DNA of 64,000 nucleotides from an uncultured Pseudomonadota bacterium (GTDB lineage Bacteria; Myxococcota_A; UBA796; JAFGLY01), in the NCBI GenBank assembly GCA_937912125.1, contig CALDOK010000076.1, positions 1,592-65,591 on the forward strand, read 5' to 3'. Both the position numbers and the translations under genes were made by a program. A model generated the notes under the pieces. That model worked only from the letters and a program-made list of their open reading frames with translations. It searched no databases and was not told where the DNA came from. Of the stretch, positions 9,588 to 18,590 are shown piece by piece. Numbering within the stretch: the stretch's first letter is position 1; every line of letters begins with the position of its first letter.

Positions 9588-9881
9588 CTAGTGCTTGAAG
9601 ATGTCCCGCAAGTGCTGGAAGACGCCGCTCTGATCCTTGCCGGCGAGCAGCTCGAGCTCTCCCTGATCCAGCAGGACAGCGCCGCAGTCGGGGCAGACCT
9701 CGATCTCCACGCCACGGAAGACGACGGTGTTCATGTCGGCGCCACACTTGCCGCACTTGAGCCAGTGGAGCCGCTTGCGCGCCGCGAGCGCTTCTCTCTC
9801 CCGGGTCTCGCGGAGATCCTTGGCCAAGCGGGCTTTTTTCTCGGCTTCGAGCTTCTCGAAGTACTTGTTCTCTTCGCTCAT
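9588..9881 (-). CDS. zf-TFIIB-type zinc-ribbon domain protein (97 aa)
   Basis: Internal M of the track ORF: MSEENKYFEKLEAEKK...LKCGKCGADMNTVVFRGVEIEVCPDCGAVLLDQGELELL, a CxxC...CxxC ribbon plus the LDxGELExL tail of the PF13453-like family. Start overlaps the stop of the upstream gene. Confidence 0.7.
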   Translation of the reverse strand: MSEENKYFEKLEAEKKARLAKDLRETREREALAARKRLHWLKCGKCGADMNTVVFRGVEIEVCPDCGAVLLDQGELELLAGKDQSGVFQHLRDIFKH

Positions 9882-10444
9882 GGCAGCTCCCTGCTCCGGG
9901 GGATCGGGTCGATCCCCTCTATCCGATCCGGCTCGTCCACCGCGACGTCGCTGTCCGTGTCGTGGGAGGGCCCACCATCTCCCCATCCGTCCGACGCCGT
10001 CGAGGCGTCCACCAGCACGCCGCCACCGCCAGTGGTGGGGGAGCTGTCCAGGAAGCGCACCACCGCCAGGAAGGGCTGGAGGGCCGGGATGCTGTCGACG
10101 GGGCTCCAGCGCACCCCATCGGCCGAGACGAGATCGCTGGGCGCGGCCTTGCGCTCCATCACCAGGCGCCGCAGGCGATCCAGGTCCCGCACCCTGAAGT
10201 CCTGCCCCCCCCGCCGCAGCCTCAAGGGACGCCCGGCCAGGCCTTCGTCGGTGGCCTCGCCCAGATCCTGCAGGGGCGGCACGCTGGACATGCTGGAGCC
10301 CAGCGCGATCGAGCGCAGCACCCGGGCCGCGAGAGCGTCGCACTGCAAGCAGCGCGTCCGATCCTCGAGGCCGATCTCCAGCCGGGCGAGCTGTTCCTCG
10401 CTCAGCTCCAGCTCTGCGCCGCAGGCGCTGCATACCAGGACCAC
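9878..10444 (-). CDS. Zinc-ribbon (MJ0042-like) plus GYF-like (DUF4339-like) domain protein, cytoplasmic
   Basis: N-terminus MVLVCSACGAELEL...CLQC. Central DFRVRDLDRLRRLVMERKAAPSDLVSADGVRWSPVDSIPALQPF resembles the GYF-like domain. No TM segment. Confidence 0.6.
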   Translation of the reverse strand: MVLVCSACGAELELSEEQLARLEIGLEDRTRCLQCDALAARVLRSIALGSSMSSVPPLQDLGEATDEGLAGRPLRLRRGGQDFRVRDLDRLRRLVMERKAAPSDLVSADGVRWSPVDSIPALQPFLAVVRFLDSSPTTGGGGVLVDASTASDGWGDGGPSHDTDSDVAVDEPDRIEGIDPIPRSRELP

Positions 10445-10446
10445 GG

Positions 10447-12027
10447 TCAGCCCCCCGTGAGCTCCTGGAGCTTCTGCTTCACCTCGGCGTCGCCGGGGTA
10501 TGCGGCCTCGTACTGGCGGAGGTAGTCCATCGCGCCAGCCTCATCTCCGAGCTGGTCCGCGATCAGGCCCAGGAACTTCTTGGCGCGCGCGTTGCCGCCC
10601 ACGAGGGACTGGAAAACACCCTGGGCGCGCTCGGCATCCCCAGAGCCGCCTCTGCGGAACAGCGACTCGGCCAGACCCCAGCGGTACGTGGCGTTGCCCG
10701 GCTCCATCCTGCTCGCCTGGTCGTAGGCCGTCACGGCCGTGGCCCAGTTGCGCTGCTGGGCGGCCGAGCGGCCGATCCCGGCGTGGTCGGCGGCGGTGGT
10801 CTTGGCCACGTCGTTGCTGCCCTGGGAGCCGCTGGGCTGGAAGGTGGGAGCCACCGGACGGGTGGACGCGTCGGAGCAGGAGCTGGCAGGCAGCTCGCCC
10901 TTGGCGCACATCTCGGCGCGCTTGGCCGGGTCGATGGTGATGATGGGGCCCTGGATCTCTTCCTGCTGCCCGTCGGTGGGGGGCGCCACCCCCGCCGCCC
11001 GCATCTCGTCCTCGAGCTGCTGGATCAGCTTGCTCTGGAACTCCTTGGGGTCGGTGGCGGGCGGCTGCTGCGCGGTGGGGCCGGGCTCCACAGGCTGCAC
11101 AGGCTGAGGCGGCACGCGCAGGAAGAAGAACCACACCACCGCCGCCACGGCCATGACCGCTGCGGCGATGAGCCACATGTTGCGGCGGTTCTTGTCGCTG
11201 GCTGCGGCCTTGCCGTTCTTGCGATGGGTGCCGGTGGTGGGCCCGCCGTCGCGCCGCTTGGCGCGCATACGGTCGCGCTGGCGTTCCTTGAGGCTCTCGA
11301 AGGGATCCACGAAGCGGTTGTTGTCGCTGGCGGGGCCACCGGCCCGCGGGCGGGAGGGCTTGCCAGGAAGCGGGCGCGTGGAAGGCGGGGCGCCCTCGGT
11401 CTTGGCACCCGGTCGCTGGAACACCCCGGTGGAGATGTTCGAGCGCAGGCTGCCCATGCCCACCACCATGGTGGGGCCATCATCCTCGAAGGGCTCGCCC
11501 GTGTCGGCTTCTTCGTCGACGCCGCCAGCGAGCTGGTCCTCGAGCTCCTCGTAGACCTGGACGAAGTAGGCGTCGAGATCGGGAATGTCACCGATGCGGA
11601 CCCAGCTGGCGCCGTCGTGGGAGATGACGTCGTCCTCGGTGACCCGGCGATCCTGGATGTACTTGCGCAGGGTGCCGATGTCCGAGAAGTCGTAGACCAA
11701 GCCGATCTTGACCTTGACCTTCCAGGTGGAGATGCCCACCTTGCGGAAGTCGATCTGGTCGGCACGGGGGCCGGACCCCACCAAGCCCGCTGGGCTGTTG
11801 GGGTCTTGGGCCAGGGGGTTGGCCGAGCGTGCCACGGGCTGCTCGTCGGAGGACGGCTCCTCGGAATCGAGCTCGGGATCCGGCTCGGCGGGCTGCTCGT
11901 CCTGCGCCTTGTTGTACACCACGAAGACGTGCTGGCACTTGGGGCAGGTGATGCGCGCACCGCGGCCCTTGATCTTGCTGTCATCGAGCTTGTACCGCGC
12001 TGAGCAGCGCTCGCAGGTGACGATCAT
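10447..12027 (-). CDS. ZnR-GYF-TM-TPR protein (GltJ/AgmX-like architecture)
   Basis: MIVTCERCSARYKLDD...ITCPKCQHVF (MJ0042-type zinc ribbon). GYF-like IDFRKVGISTWKVKVKIGLVYDFSDIGTLRKYIQDRRVTEDDVISHDGASWVRIGDIPDLDAYF. Single TM MWLIAAAVMAVAAVVWFFFL. C-terminal TPR-like repeats (AYDQASRMEPGNATYRWGLAESLFRRGG...). Confidence 0.7.
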   Translation of the reverse strand: MIVTCERCSARYKLDDSKIKGRGARITCPKCQHVFVVYNKAQDEQPAEPDPELDSEEPSSDEQPVARSANPLAQDPNSPAGLVGSGPRADQIDFRKVGISTWKVKVKIGLVYDFSDIGTLRKYIQDRRVTEDDVISHDGASWVRIGDIPDLDAYFVQVYEELEDQLAGGVDEEADTGEPFEDDGPTMVVGMGSLRSNISTGVFQRPGAKTEGAPPSTRPLPGKPSRPRAGGPASDNNRFVDPFESLKERQRDRMRAKRRDGGPTTGTHRKNGKAAASDKNRRNMWLIAAAVMAVAAVVWFFFLRVPPQPVQPVEPGPTAQQPPATDPKEFQSKLIQQLEDEMRAAGVAPPTDGQQEEIQGPIITIDPAKRAEMCAKGELPASSCSDASTRPVAPTFQPSGSQGSNDVAKTTAADHAGIGRSAAQQRNWATAVTAYDQASRMEPGNATYRWGLAESLFRRGGSGDAERAQGVFQSLVGGNARAKKFLGLIADQLGDEAGAMDYLRQYEAAYPGDAEVKQKLQELTGG

Positions 12028-12162
12028 TACTGGGACCTTCCCGAGTGGACCTCGAACAGCGAAGCTACCACGCCGCGGGAGCGGTCCGCAACGCGATCAC
12101 GCGCTGGCGAACCTCCGAGCCTTGGCGCGATGGAGCGGTTCCGAGCGCTAGAGGCTGAGCAT

Positions 12163-14457
12163 TCAGTCGACCAACACCTCGAGGCGCGCTTCTCTTACAC
12201 GCAGCTTCTTGGTGCCAAAGCGCTGGAAGAAGACCACCACCTTCAGCGAGGGGCCGCGCCCCTCGAGGGACCGCACCTCGCCGTCGCCGAACACGGGGTG
12301 GCGCACGCCGACCCCAGGACGGAAGACATCCGGAGACTCGGGGACCAGGGTGAGCCCGCCAGGCCGAGGCGCAGGCGCGGACTGTTGGTCGCGGGAGCGC
12401 ACCTGGGCCAGCAGCGCATCCAGCTTGCGGGTGGACGATGCTGGCACCGGCGGTGGGGCGGGACGAGCCCTGTGGAGGGGCTGGCCGCCCAAGGGCTGCA
12501 CAAGGTGGCGAGGCAGCTCGAGCAAGAAGGGAGACGGCCGCGCTTGCACGACTCGGCCCCCTCCGGACCAGCCCATGCCGTCGCGCACCCAGCGGCGGGC
12601 GGGCCGGCACAGGTAGAGGCGCTCCCGGGCACGGGTGAACGCCACATAGGCCAGGCGGCGTTCTTCTTCGATGTCCTCGAGGCGCTCTTCGGAGCGAGCG
12701 TGGGGAAAGACCTTCTCGACCAGACCCACCACGAAGACCAGAGGAAACTCGAGGCCCTTGGCCAGGTGGACGGTCATCAGGGTGACCTGGCCGTCGTGGT
12801 CGGGGAGGTCCTGATCGGCCGAGGCCAGGGTGGCCTGATCCAGGAAGTTGCGGAGCCGCTCGTCGTCGGGGGTGTCGGCAGGCAGGGCCTCGTCGGCGGT
12901 GCGAGCGGCGCGGGACAGGGCCTCGATGTTCTCGAGGCGGCCCTGGGCTTCGAGGGTGTCCTCAGCGCGCAAGGCTTCGACATAGCCGGTGAGCTCGGCC
13001 ACCCGCAGGATGAGCTGCGACGTAGGCAGGTCCCGGGCTTCTTCGACCAGGCGGCCGTACAGATCGAGGAAGCCACGGAAGGCCTTGGCGCTGCGGCCCT
13101 TGCCGGCGCTGGCGGCGCGCTTGGCGGACTCGAGCAGCGGCACACCGAGCTCTTCGGCCTGGGTCCGCAGCTGGGCGATGCTGGTGGCGCCGATGCCACG
13201 GGGAGGCACGTTGACGATGCGCAGGAAGGCCATGGTGTCGGAGGGGTTCACCATCAGCCGGAGCCAAGCGACCATGTCGCGCACCTCGCGCCGCTCGTAG
13301 AAGCGCCGACCGCCCACCACCACGTGGGGGACCCGAGCGTTGCCCAGGGCCTGCTCGAGGGGCCGGCTGGAGGCGTGGGTGCGGTAGAAGATGGCGATGT
13401 CGCCCGGGCGGCGCCCCGCCCGCACCTGACGACCGATCTCGTCGATCACCTTCTGAGCCTCGTCTTCCTCGTCGGAGCCCACCAGCGCGAAGACGGGGTC
13501 GCCCGCGGGCGCCTCGGTCCACAGGGTCTTCTCCTTGCGCTGGGAGTTGTGGCGCACCAAGGCGCCTGCCAGCTCGAGGATGTTGCCCGTGGAGCGATAG
13601 TTGCGCTCGAGGCGGATGGTCTTGACCTGGGGGAAGTCACGCTCGAAGTCGAGGATGTTGCGGATGTCGGCGCCGCGGAAGGCGTAGATGGACTGATCGT
13701 CGTCGCCCACCACGGCCAGGTTGTGGGGCTCCCGCCCGGCCAGGGCCTTGATGAGCCGGTACTGGGCGTGGTTGGTGTCCTGGTATTCGTCCACCAGCAG
13801 GTAGCGGAAGCGGTCGCGGTAGCGCTCGCGCACCTCGGTGTCCTGCTCGAGCAGCTGGACCATGCGGCCGACCAGGTCGTTGAAGTCGAAGGCGTTGGCG
13901 GCAACCAGAGCGCGCTGGTAGCGAGCGTAGACCTCGTCCACGCGCATGGCCATGGCGCCGGGGTCGCCCAGCAGGCCGGCGGCCACGTCTTCGGGCTCGA
14001 GCATACGGTTCTTGGCCTGATCGATGCGCGACAGGAAGGCCTTGGGCGGGAAGCGCTTGTGGTCGATCTGCAGCTCGCGCAGGATGTCGCGCACCAGGCG
14101 CTGCTGATCGTCGCTGTCGTAGATGACGAAGCTCGAGGTGTAGCCGAGCTTGGGGGCCTCGCGGCGCAGGAAGCGGGCGCAGGCGGAGTGGAAGGTGGAC
14201 ACCACGATGCGATCGGCGGCGTCGCCCACCAGCTCGGCCACGCGCTCCCGCATCTCCTGCGCCGCCTTGTTGGTGAAGGTGACCGCCAGGATGTTCCAGG
14301 GGGCGATTCCCGAATGGACCAGGTGCGCAACGCGACGGGTGAGCACGCGGGTCTTGCCCGAGCCGGCGCCAGCGAGCACGAGCAGCGGCCCCTCCAGGTG
14401 GGTGACGGCTTCGAGCTGCTCGGGGTTGAGCTGCTGGAGGTGGGAGAGCTCGCTCAC
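12163..14457 (-). CDS. uvrD: ATP-dependent DNA helicase UvrD/PcrA family
   Basis: LNPEQLEAVTHLEGPLLVLAGAGSGKTRVLTRR, TFTNKAAQEMRERV, LLVDEYQDTNHAQY, VGDDDQSIYAFRGA: all SF1 helicase motifs present. Confidence 0.9.
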   Translation of the reverse strand: MSELSHLQQLNPEQLEAVTHLEGPLLVLAGAGSGKTRVLTRRVAHLVHSGIAPWNILAVTFTNKAAQEMRERVAELVGDAADRIVVSTFHSACARFLRREAPKLGYTSSFVIYDSDDQQRLVRDILRELQIDHKRFPPKAFLSRIDQAKNRMLEPEDVAAGLLGDPGAMAMRVDEVYARYQRALVAANAFDFNDLVGRMVQLLEQDTEVRERYRDRFRYLLVDEYQDTNHAQYRLIKALAGREPHNLAVVGDDDQSIYAFRGADIRNILDFERDFPQVKTIRLERNYRSTGNILELAGALVRHNSQRKEKTLWTEAPAGDPVFALVGSDEEDEAQKVIDEIGRQVRAGRRPGDIAIFYRTHASSRPLEQALGNARVPHVVVGGRRFYERREVRDMVAWLRLMVNPSDTMAFLRIVNVPPRGIGATSIAQLRTQAEELGVPLLESAKRAASAGKGRSAKAFRGFLDLYGRLVEEARDLPTSQLILRVAELTGYVEALRAEDTLEAQGRLENIEALSRAARTADEALPADTPDDERLRNFLDQATLASADQDLPDHDGQVTLMTVHLAKGLEFPLVFVVGLVEKVFPHARSEERLEDIEEERRLAYVAFTRARERLYLCRPARRWVRDGMGWSGGGRVVQARPSPFLLELPRHLVQPLGGQPLHRARPAPPPVPASSTRKLDALLAQVRSRDQQSAPAPRPGGLTLVPESPDVFRPGVGVRHPVFGDGEVRSLEGRGPSLKVVVFFQRFGTKKLRVREARLEVLVD

Positions 14458-15890
14458 GACTGGCCCCCGTCACCGGGATCGGAGCCCGAGGAGCCAGCGG
14501 CCTTGGCCTCGAGGGCGCGGGCCTGGAACTGCTCGCGCAGGGTACGGCCGCCGTCGGTGAAGGTGACCTGGCGGGCGCGACCGATGGCGAGGGCGTCAGG
14601 GGGCACGTAGGCGGTGATGGTGCTGCCCGCCCCGAGCAAGGCCCCATCGCCCACGGTGACCGGCGCCACCAGGGAGGTGTTGGAGCCGATCAGGACGTCG
14701 CTGCCGATGATGGTGCGGTGCTTGCCGTAGCCGTCGTAGTTGCAGGTGATGGTGCCCGCGCCCACGTTGGTGCCCGCGCCGATGGTGGCGTCGCCGATGT
14801 AGGACAGGTGCGACGCCTTGACCCCTTCGGCCAGGGTGGACTTCTTGATCTCCACGAAGTTGCCGACCTTGCACCCACGCCCGATCTCGGCGCCTGGCCG
14901 CAGGTGGCTGAACGGCCCCACCTGGGCCCCCGGGCCCACCTGGGCGCCCTCGAGCACCGAGTGGGGCTTGACCACGGCCCCGGCAGCCACCACGGTGTCG
15001 CGCAGGACCGAGTAGGCCCCGATGCTGGCGCCCACGCCGATGCAGGTGTCGCCCACCAGGATCACCCCAGGCTCGAGCACGGCGTCCTGGCCGATGCACA
15101 CCCCGACCTCGACCCGGATGGTGCCCGGCCGATGCAGGGTGACCCCCGCTTCACTGTGCTCCTCGAGGATGCGGTCCTGCAGGACGTCTTCGAAGCGGGC
15201 CAGGGCCGTACGATCGTTGATGCCCGCCAGGCTGGCGGCGTCGTCGAGGCAGGTGGCGTTCAGGCGCCCCGCAGCCGCGGCCAACGCCACGGCGTCGGTG
15301 ATGTAGTACTCGCCCTTGGGGGGATGGGGCTCGAGGGAGGGCAGCACCACGTCGCGCAGCCAGGCCGCCTCGAAGGCGTAGATGCCGGCGTTGACCTCGG
15401 TGATGGCCAGCTGTTCCGGGGTGGCCTCGGAGGCCTCCACGATGCCCACCACACGGCCTTCCTGGCGCACGATGCGCCCGTAGGCGGCGGGCCGGACCAC
15501 CACCGTCGACAGCACGGTGCACAGGGCGTCGCCGTGGCCCTCGAGCAGGGCCTCGAGCATGGCGGGGCGGATCAGGGGGGCGTCGCCGGGCAACACGATG
15601 ACCGTGCCGCTCGCGGGCAGCAGATCGAGGGCGGCCCGGACCGCATCGCCGGTGCCGCGGGGCTGGTGCTGGCGGGCGCAGGGCACCCCGGGGAGCGCGG
15701 CGCGCACTCGATCTTCCTGGTGGTGGACCACGGCTGCCACGTCGCAGCCCGCAGCCTGAGCCGCAGCGGCGACCCACCCGACCATGGGCCGCCCGCACAG
15801 GGGGTGAAGCACCTTGGCAGTGGAGGAGCGCATGCGGGTGCCGAGCCCTGCGGCGAGGATGACGGCGAGGGGCTTGGGGCAGGGTGCCAT
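14454..15890 (-). CDS. glmU: Bifunctional UDP-N-acetylglucosamine pyrophosphorylase / glucosamine-1-phosphate N-acetyltransferase
   Basis: N-terminal LAVILAAGLGTRMRS nucleotidyltransferase domain plus C-terminal left-handed beta-helix hexapeptide repeats (IGAGTNVGAGTITCNYDG...). Overlaps the uvrD start by 4 nt. Confidence 0.92.
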   Translation of the reverse strand: MAPCPKPLAVILAAGLGTRMRSSTAKVLHPLCGRPMVGWVAAAAQAAGCDVAAVVHHQEDRVRAALPGVPCARQHQPRGTGDAVRAALDLLPASGTVIVLPGDAPLIRPAMLEALLEGHGDALCTVLSTVVVRPAAYGRIVRQEGRVVGIVEASEATPEQLAITEVNAGIYAFEAAWLRDVVLPSLEPHPPKGEYYITDAVALAAAAGRLNATCLDDAASLAGINDRTALARFEDVLQDRILEEHSEAGVTLHRPGTIRVEVGVCIGQDAVLEPGVILVGDTCIGVGASIGAYSVLRDTVVAAGAVVKPHSVLEGAQVGPGAQVGPFSHLRPGAEIGRGCKVGNFVEIKKSTLAEGVKASHLSYIGDATIGAGTNVGAGTITCNYDGYGKHRTIIGSDVLIGSNTSLVAPVTVGDGALLGAGSTITAYVPPDALAIGRARQVTFTDGGRTLREQFQARALEAKAAGSSGSDPGDGGQS

Positions 15891-16020
15891 GGTTCACCTG
15901 GAGGCGGGCCGAGGAGGCACCTCCTCTATCCCGGGGGGCCGTCGGCCGCAGGACAGCGGGTGACCGCTCGCAGCGGGGTGTGGCAGCGCGGTGCAGCGTT
16001 CCGCCGGGCTCGGTCCGCTG

Positions 16021-16242
16021 CAGGAACGACGCCGGTGGAGGTCGCCAGGGTCGGTGCGGGACGGCGGTCTGCGGCGGCCGGGGCCGTCCGCAGGAACGAC
16101 GCCGGTGGAGGTCGCCAGGGTCGGTGCGGGACGGCGGTCTGCGGCGGCCGGGGCCGTCCGCAGGAACGACGCCGGTGGAGGTCGCCAGGGTCGGTGCGGG
16201 ACGGCGTTCTGCGGCGGCCGGGGCCGTCCGCAGGAACGACGG
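16021..16242. repeat. 70-bp direct tandem repeat, 3.2 copies (caggaacgacgccggtggaggtcgccagggtcggtgcgggacggcggtctgcggcggccggggccgtccg)
   Basis: Copies at 16021-16090, 16091-16160 and 16161-16230 (1 mismatch, g to t), with a 12-nt partial fourth copy. Intergenic between glmU and the downstream lipoprotein gene. Track ORFs 15884..16339 and 15991..16293 only translate the repeat. Confidence 0.85.
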
Positions 16243-16243
16243 G

Positions 16244-16271
16244 GGCAAAGGCCGCTTCGTCGGCCTTTGCC
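16244..16271 (-). terminator. Perfect 11-bp stem / 6-nt loop hairpin (GGCAAAGGCCG-cttcgt-CGGCCTTTGCC) immediately 3' of the lipoprotein gene stop; possible intrinsic terminator
   Basis: Inverted repeat read directly from the sequence. It abuts the TAA (rc of 16272-16274) of the minus-strand gene. No U-run follows, so the call is weak. Confidence 0.35.
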
Positions 16272-17120
16272 TTACTCGATCACGACGGTGTAGTCGCCTC
16301 CAGCCCCACTCCACCCCGCCACCACCACCACATAGGTGATGCCCGGCTGAAGGGTCCGCATGAAGCGCTCGGGCTGGGTGTTGCCGTCTTGGATGGACTG
16401 AGCCTCGGTGGTGCCGTTGACCATCAAGTGCAGGTCGTAGTCGGCCCCCGGGGCGGTCCAGGTGAGGCTGAAGGAGGCATCTTGGGTGCTGGCCACCCGC
16501 AGCTCGATGAAGTCCAGATCGCCGATGTAGGCGTAGCCATCGTTGGCCGCGCGGTAGATGTCACCCTCGAGCACGGCGGGGAGCGAGATGACCCCCAGGC
16601 TCTGGGTGTCGGTGTCGGTGTCGCCGTTCTCGGTGATGATGTAGGACGCGCCGGCCAGGGTGAGGCTGTCGGTGAGGCTGCTGGAGCGGTGGCCCGCCGC
16701 ATCGACCAGGTACATCACGCCGTTGATGGTCTGGCCCGCCGAGAGCCAGGAGGAGTCGACGTGAAAGCGGGAGGCGCCGGTGGCGGAGTACTCGTCGAGG
16801 TCGTCTGGAATGGCGATGGTGTAGGGCTGGCCCCCGAGGGTCAGCGAGGCCTGGCCGCCCGCGAGGTCGCCGTCGAGGTCGAAGGACTCGTAGATGACCT
16901 GGATGGTGCTGTCGCTGGACCGCTCGGCCAGCTGCAAGGAGCTGAGCTCGGGAGAGGACTCACCGGGAGGGTCGCTGTCGCGTGGGTCATCGTCAGGCTC
17001 GCTGTCATGGTCTGGACCCGGGCCGTGCTTCTCGCCCGTGTCGGAGCCCAACAGCTCGAGGCCAATGGAGCCGCAGCCCGTGAGCAGCAGGCTGAGCAGA
17101 ACGAACAGATGCGCAGGCAT
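16272..17120 (-). CDS. Lipoprotein with acidic linker and C-terminal pre-peptidase C-terminal (PPC)-like beta-sandwich domain
   Basis: Internal M (aa 41 of the track ORF) gives MPAHLFVLLSLLLTGCGS (lipobox), preceded by AGGAGCTCCC as RBS. Asp/Pro-rich linker, then the tail ...ITYVVVVAGWSGAGGDYTVVIE. Confidence 0.6.
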   Translation of the reverse strand: MPAHLFVLLSLLLTGCGSIGLELLGSDTGEKHGPGPDHDSEPDDDPRDSDPPGESSPELSSLQLAERSSDSTIQVIYESFDLDGDLAGGQASLTLGGQPYTIAIPDDLDEYSATGASRFHVDSSWLSAGQTINGVMYLVDAAGHRSSSLTDSLTLAGASYIITENGDTDTDTQSLGVISLPAVLEGDIYRAANDGYAYIGDLDFIELRVASTQDASFSLTWTAPGADYDLHLMVNGTTEAQSIQDGNTQPERFMRTLQPGITYVVVVAGWSGAGGDYTVVIE

Positions 17121-17373
17121 GGGAGCTCCTCGCAGTGGGCAGAAGCCGCGGCATGATACCGGCCAGCGGGCGAATCCGCCACCACTTTCACACGATGATC
17201 GCCCGATCCCCTGCCTTTGCTGCAGCGTACCGAGAGCCACTGCGCACGATCAGGCTCCGGATCACCTGACCTCGTCTGGACACCTCCTTCCCGGGGGCCG
17301 AGTTATGGAATTGCGGTTTTCCGACATCCAGCCCCCCCCGGGGCTCACCACTCCCTTGCACCCGAGGTGACCA

Positions 17374-18573
17374 GTGTCCCAGCAGATCGCCATGGAGCTC
17401 ACCGATCGCTACAGCGCCCGCAACTACAACCCCCTGCCTGTTGTGCTCTCCAAGGGCTACGGCGTGTGGGTCGAGGACGCCGACGGCAAGAAGTACATGG
17501 ACATGTTGGCCTGCTACTCGGCGGTCAACCAGGGCCACTGCCACCCCGCCATCAAGGCCGCCATGCTCGAGCAGCTCGATCTGCTCACCCTCACCAGCCG
17601 GGCCTTCCACAACGACAAGATGGGCTTCTTCGTCCAGAAGCTCTGCGAGCTGTCGGGCTTCGACAAGGCCCTGCCCATGAACACCGGCGCCGAAGCGGTC
17701 GAGACGGGCATCAAGGCCGTGCGCAAGTGGGGGTACAAGGTCAAAGGCGTGCCCGCCGACAAGGCCGAGATCATCGTCTGTGCCGACAACTTCCACGGCC
17801 GCACCACCACCATCGTGGGCTTCTCCACCGAGCCCTCCTACCGCGACGGCTTCGGCCCCTTCGCGCCCGGGTTCAAGGTGATCCCCTACGGCGACATCGA
17901 CGCACTCGCGGCCGCGTTCAACGAGAACACCGTCGCCTTCCTGGTCGAACCCATCCAGGGCGAGGCCGGCATCATCGTTCCGCCCACCGGCTTCCTGAAG
18001 CAGGCCCGGGCCCTGTGCGACAAGTGGAACGCCCTGCTGTTCCTCGACGAGATCCAGAGCGGCCTGGGCCGCACCGGCAAGATGTTCTGCTTCGAGCACG
18101 AGGGCATCCGCCCCGACTGCCTGACCGTGGGCAAGGCCCTGAGCGGCGGCTTCTACCCGGTGTCCGCCTTCCTGGCGTCCAGCGAGGTCATGGCCGTCTT
18201 CGAGCCCGGCCAGCACGGCTCCACCTTCGGCGGCAACCCCCTGGGCTCCGCCGTGGCCTGCGCCGCCCTCGATGTCCTGGTCGACGAAGACCTGGTGGCC
18301 AAGGCCGAGACCCTGGGCGCGTACCTGATGGAGCAGCTGCGAGCGATCCCCAGCCCTCACATCGACTTCGTGCGCGGCAAGGGCCTGTTCATCGGCGTGG
18401 TCATCAAGGACAGCTCCGGCCCGGCGCGGCCCTTCTGCGAGCGCCTGATGGAGCTGGGCGTGCTGGCCAAAGAGACCCACAATCAGGTCATCCGGCTCGC
18501 GCCCCCGCTGGTCATCACCAAGGAAGAGATCGACTGGGCCCTCGAGCGCATCCGGCAGGTCCTGGTGGACTGA
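17374..18573 (+). CDS. rocD: Ornithine aminotransferase (ornithine--oxo-acid transaminase, PLP-dependent class III)
   Basis: MSQQIAMELTDRYSARNYNPLPVVLSKGYGVWVEDADGKKYMDMLACYSAVNQGHCHP...FLDEIQSGLGRTGK. Confidence 0.9.
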   Translation: MSQQIAMELTDRYSARNYNPLPVVLSKGYGVWVEDADGKKYMDMLACYSAVNQGHCHPAIKAAMLEQLDLLTLTSRAFHNDKMGFFVQKLCELSGFDKALPMNTGAEAVETGIKAVRKWGYKVKGVPADKAEIIVCADNFHGRTTTIVGFSTEPSYRDGFGPFAPGFKVIPYGDIDALAAAFNENTVAFLVEPIQGEAGIIVPPTGFLKQARALCDKWNALLFLDEIQSGLGRTGKMFCFEHEGIRPDCLTVGKALSGGFYPVSAFLASSEVMAVFEPGQHGSTFGGNPLGSAVACAALDVLVDEDLVAKAETLGAYLMEQLRAIPSPHIDFVRGKGLFIGVVIKDSSGPARPFCERLMELGVLAKETHNQVIRLAPPLVITKEEIDWALERIRQVLVD

Positions 18574-18590
18574 GCTAAGTTCGGAGCCCC

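Noticed and set aside
9838-9905. Apparent 1-nt disagreement between the displayed nucleotides (ttttttcctcgg ... ctccggggatc) and the ORF-track translations (which imply ttttttctcgg ... ctccgggggatc)
   Set aside because: This cannot be resolved without tools and may be my mis-reading. Taken literally, it would frameshift the zf-TFIIB gene. I followed the ORF-track frames and do not claim a frameshift.
15884-16339. ORFs 15884..16339 and 15991..16293 with repeated peptide RRWRSPGSVRDGGLRRPGPSAGTTPVEVARVGAGRRSAAAGAVRRND
   Set aside because: The protein-level repetition simply mirrors the 70-bp DNA tandem repeat, and 70 is not a multiple of 3. It is intergenic, not coding.
12130-17156. Long plus-strand ORFs 12130..14610 (826 aa) and 14718..17156 (812 aa)
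   Set aside because: These are antisense to uvrD, glmU and the PPC lipoprotein, with low-complexity translations. They are rejected in favour of the well-supported minus-strand genes.
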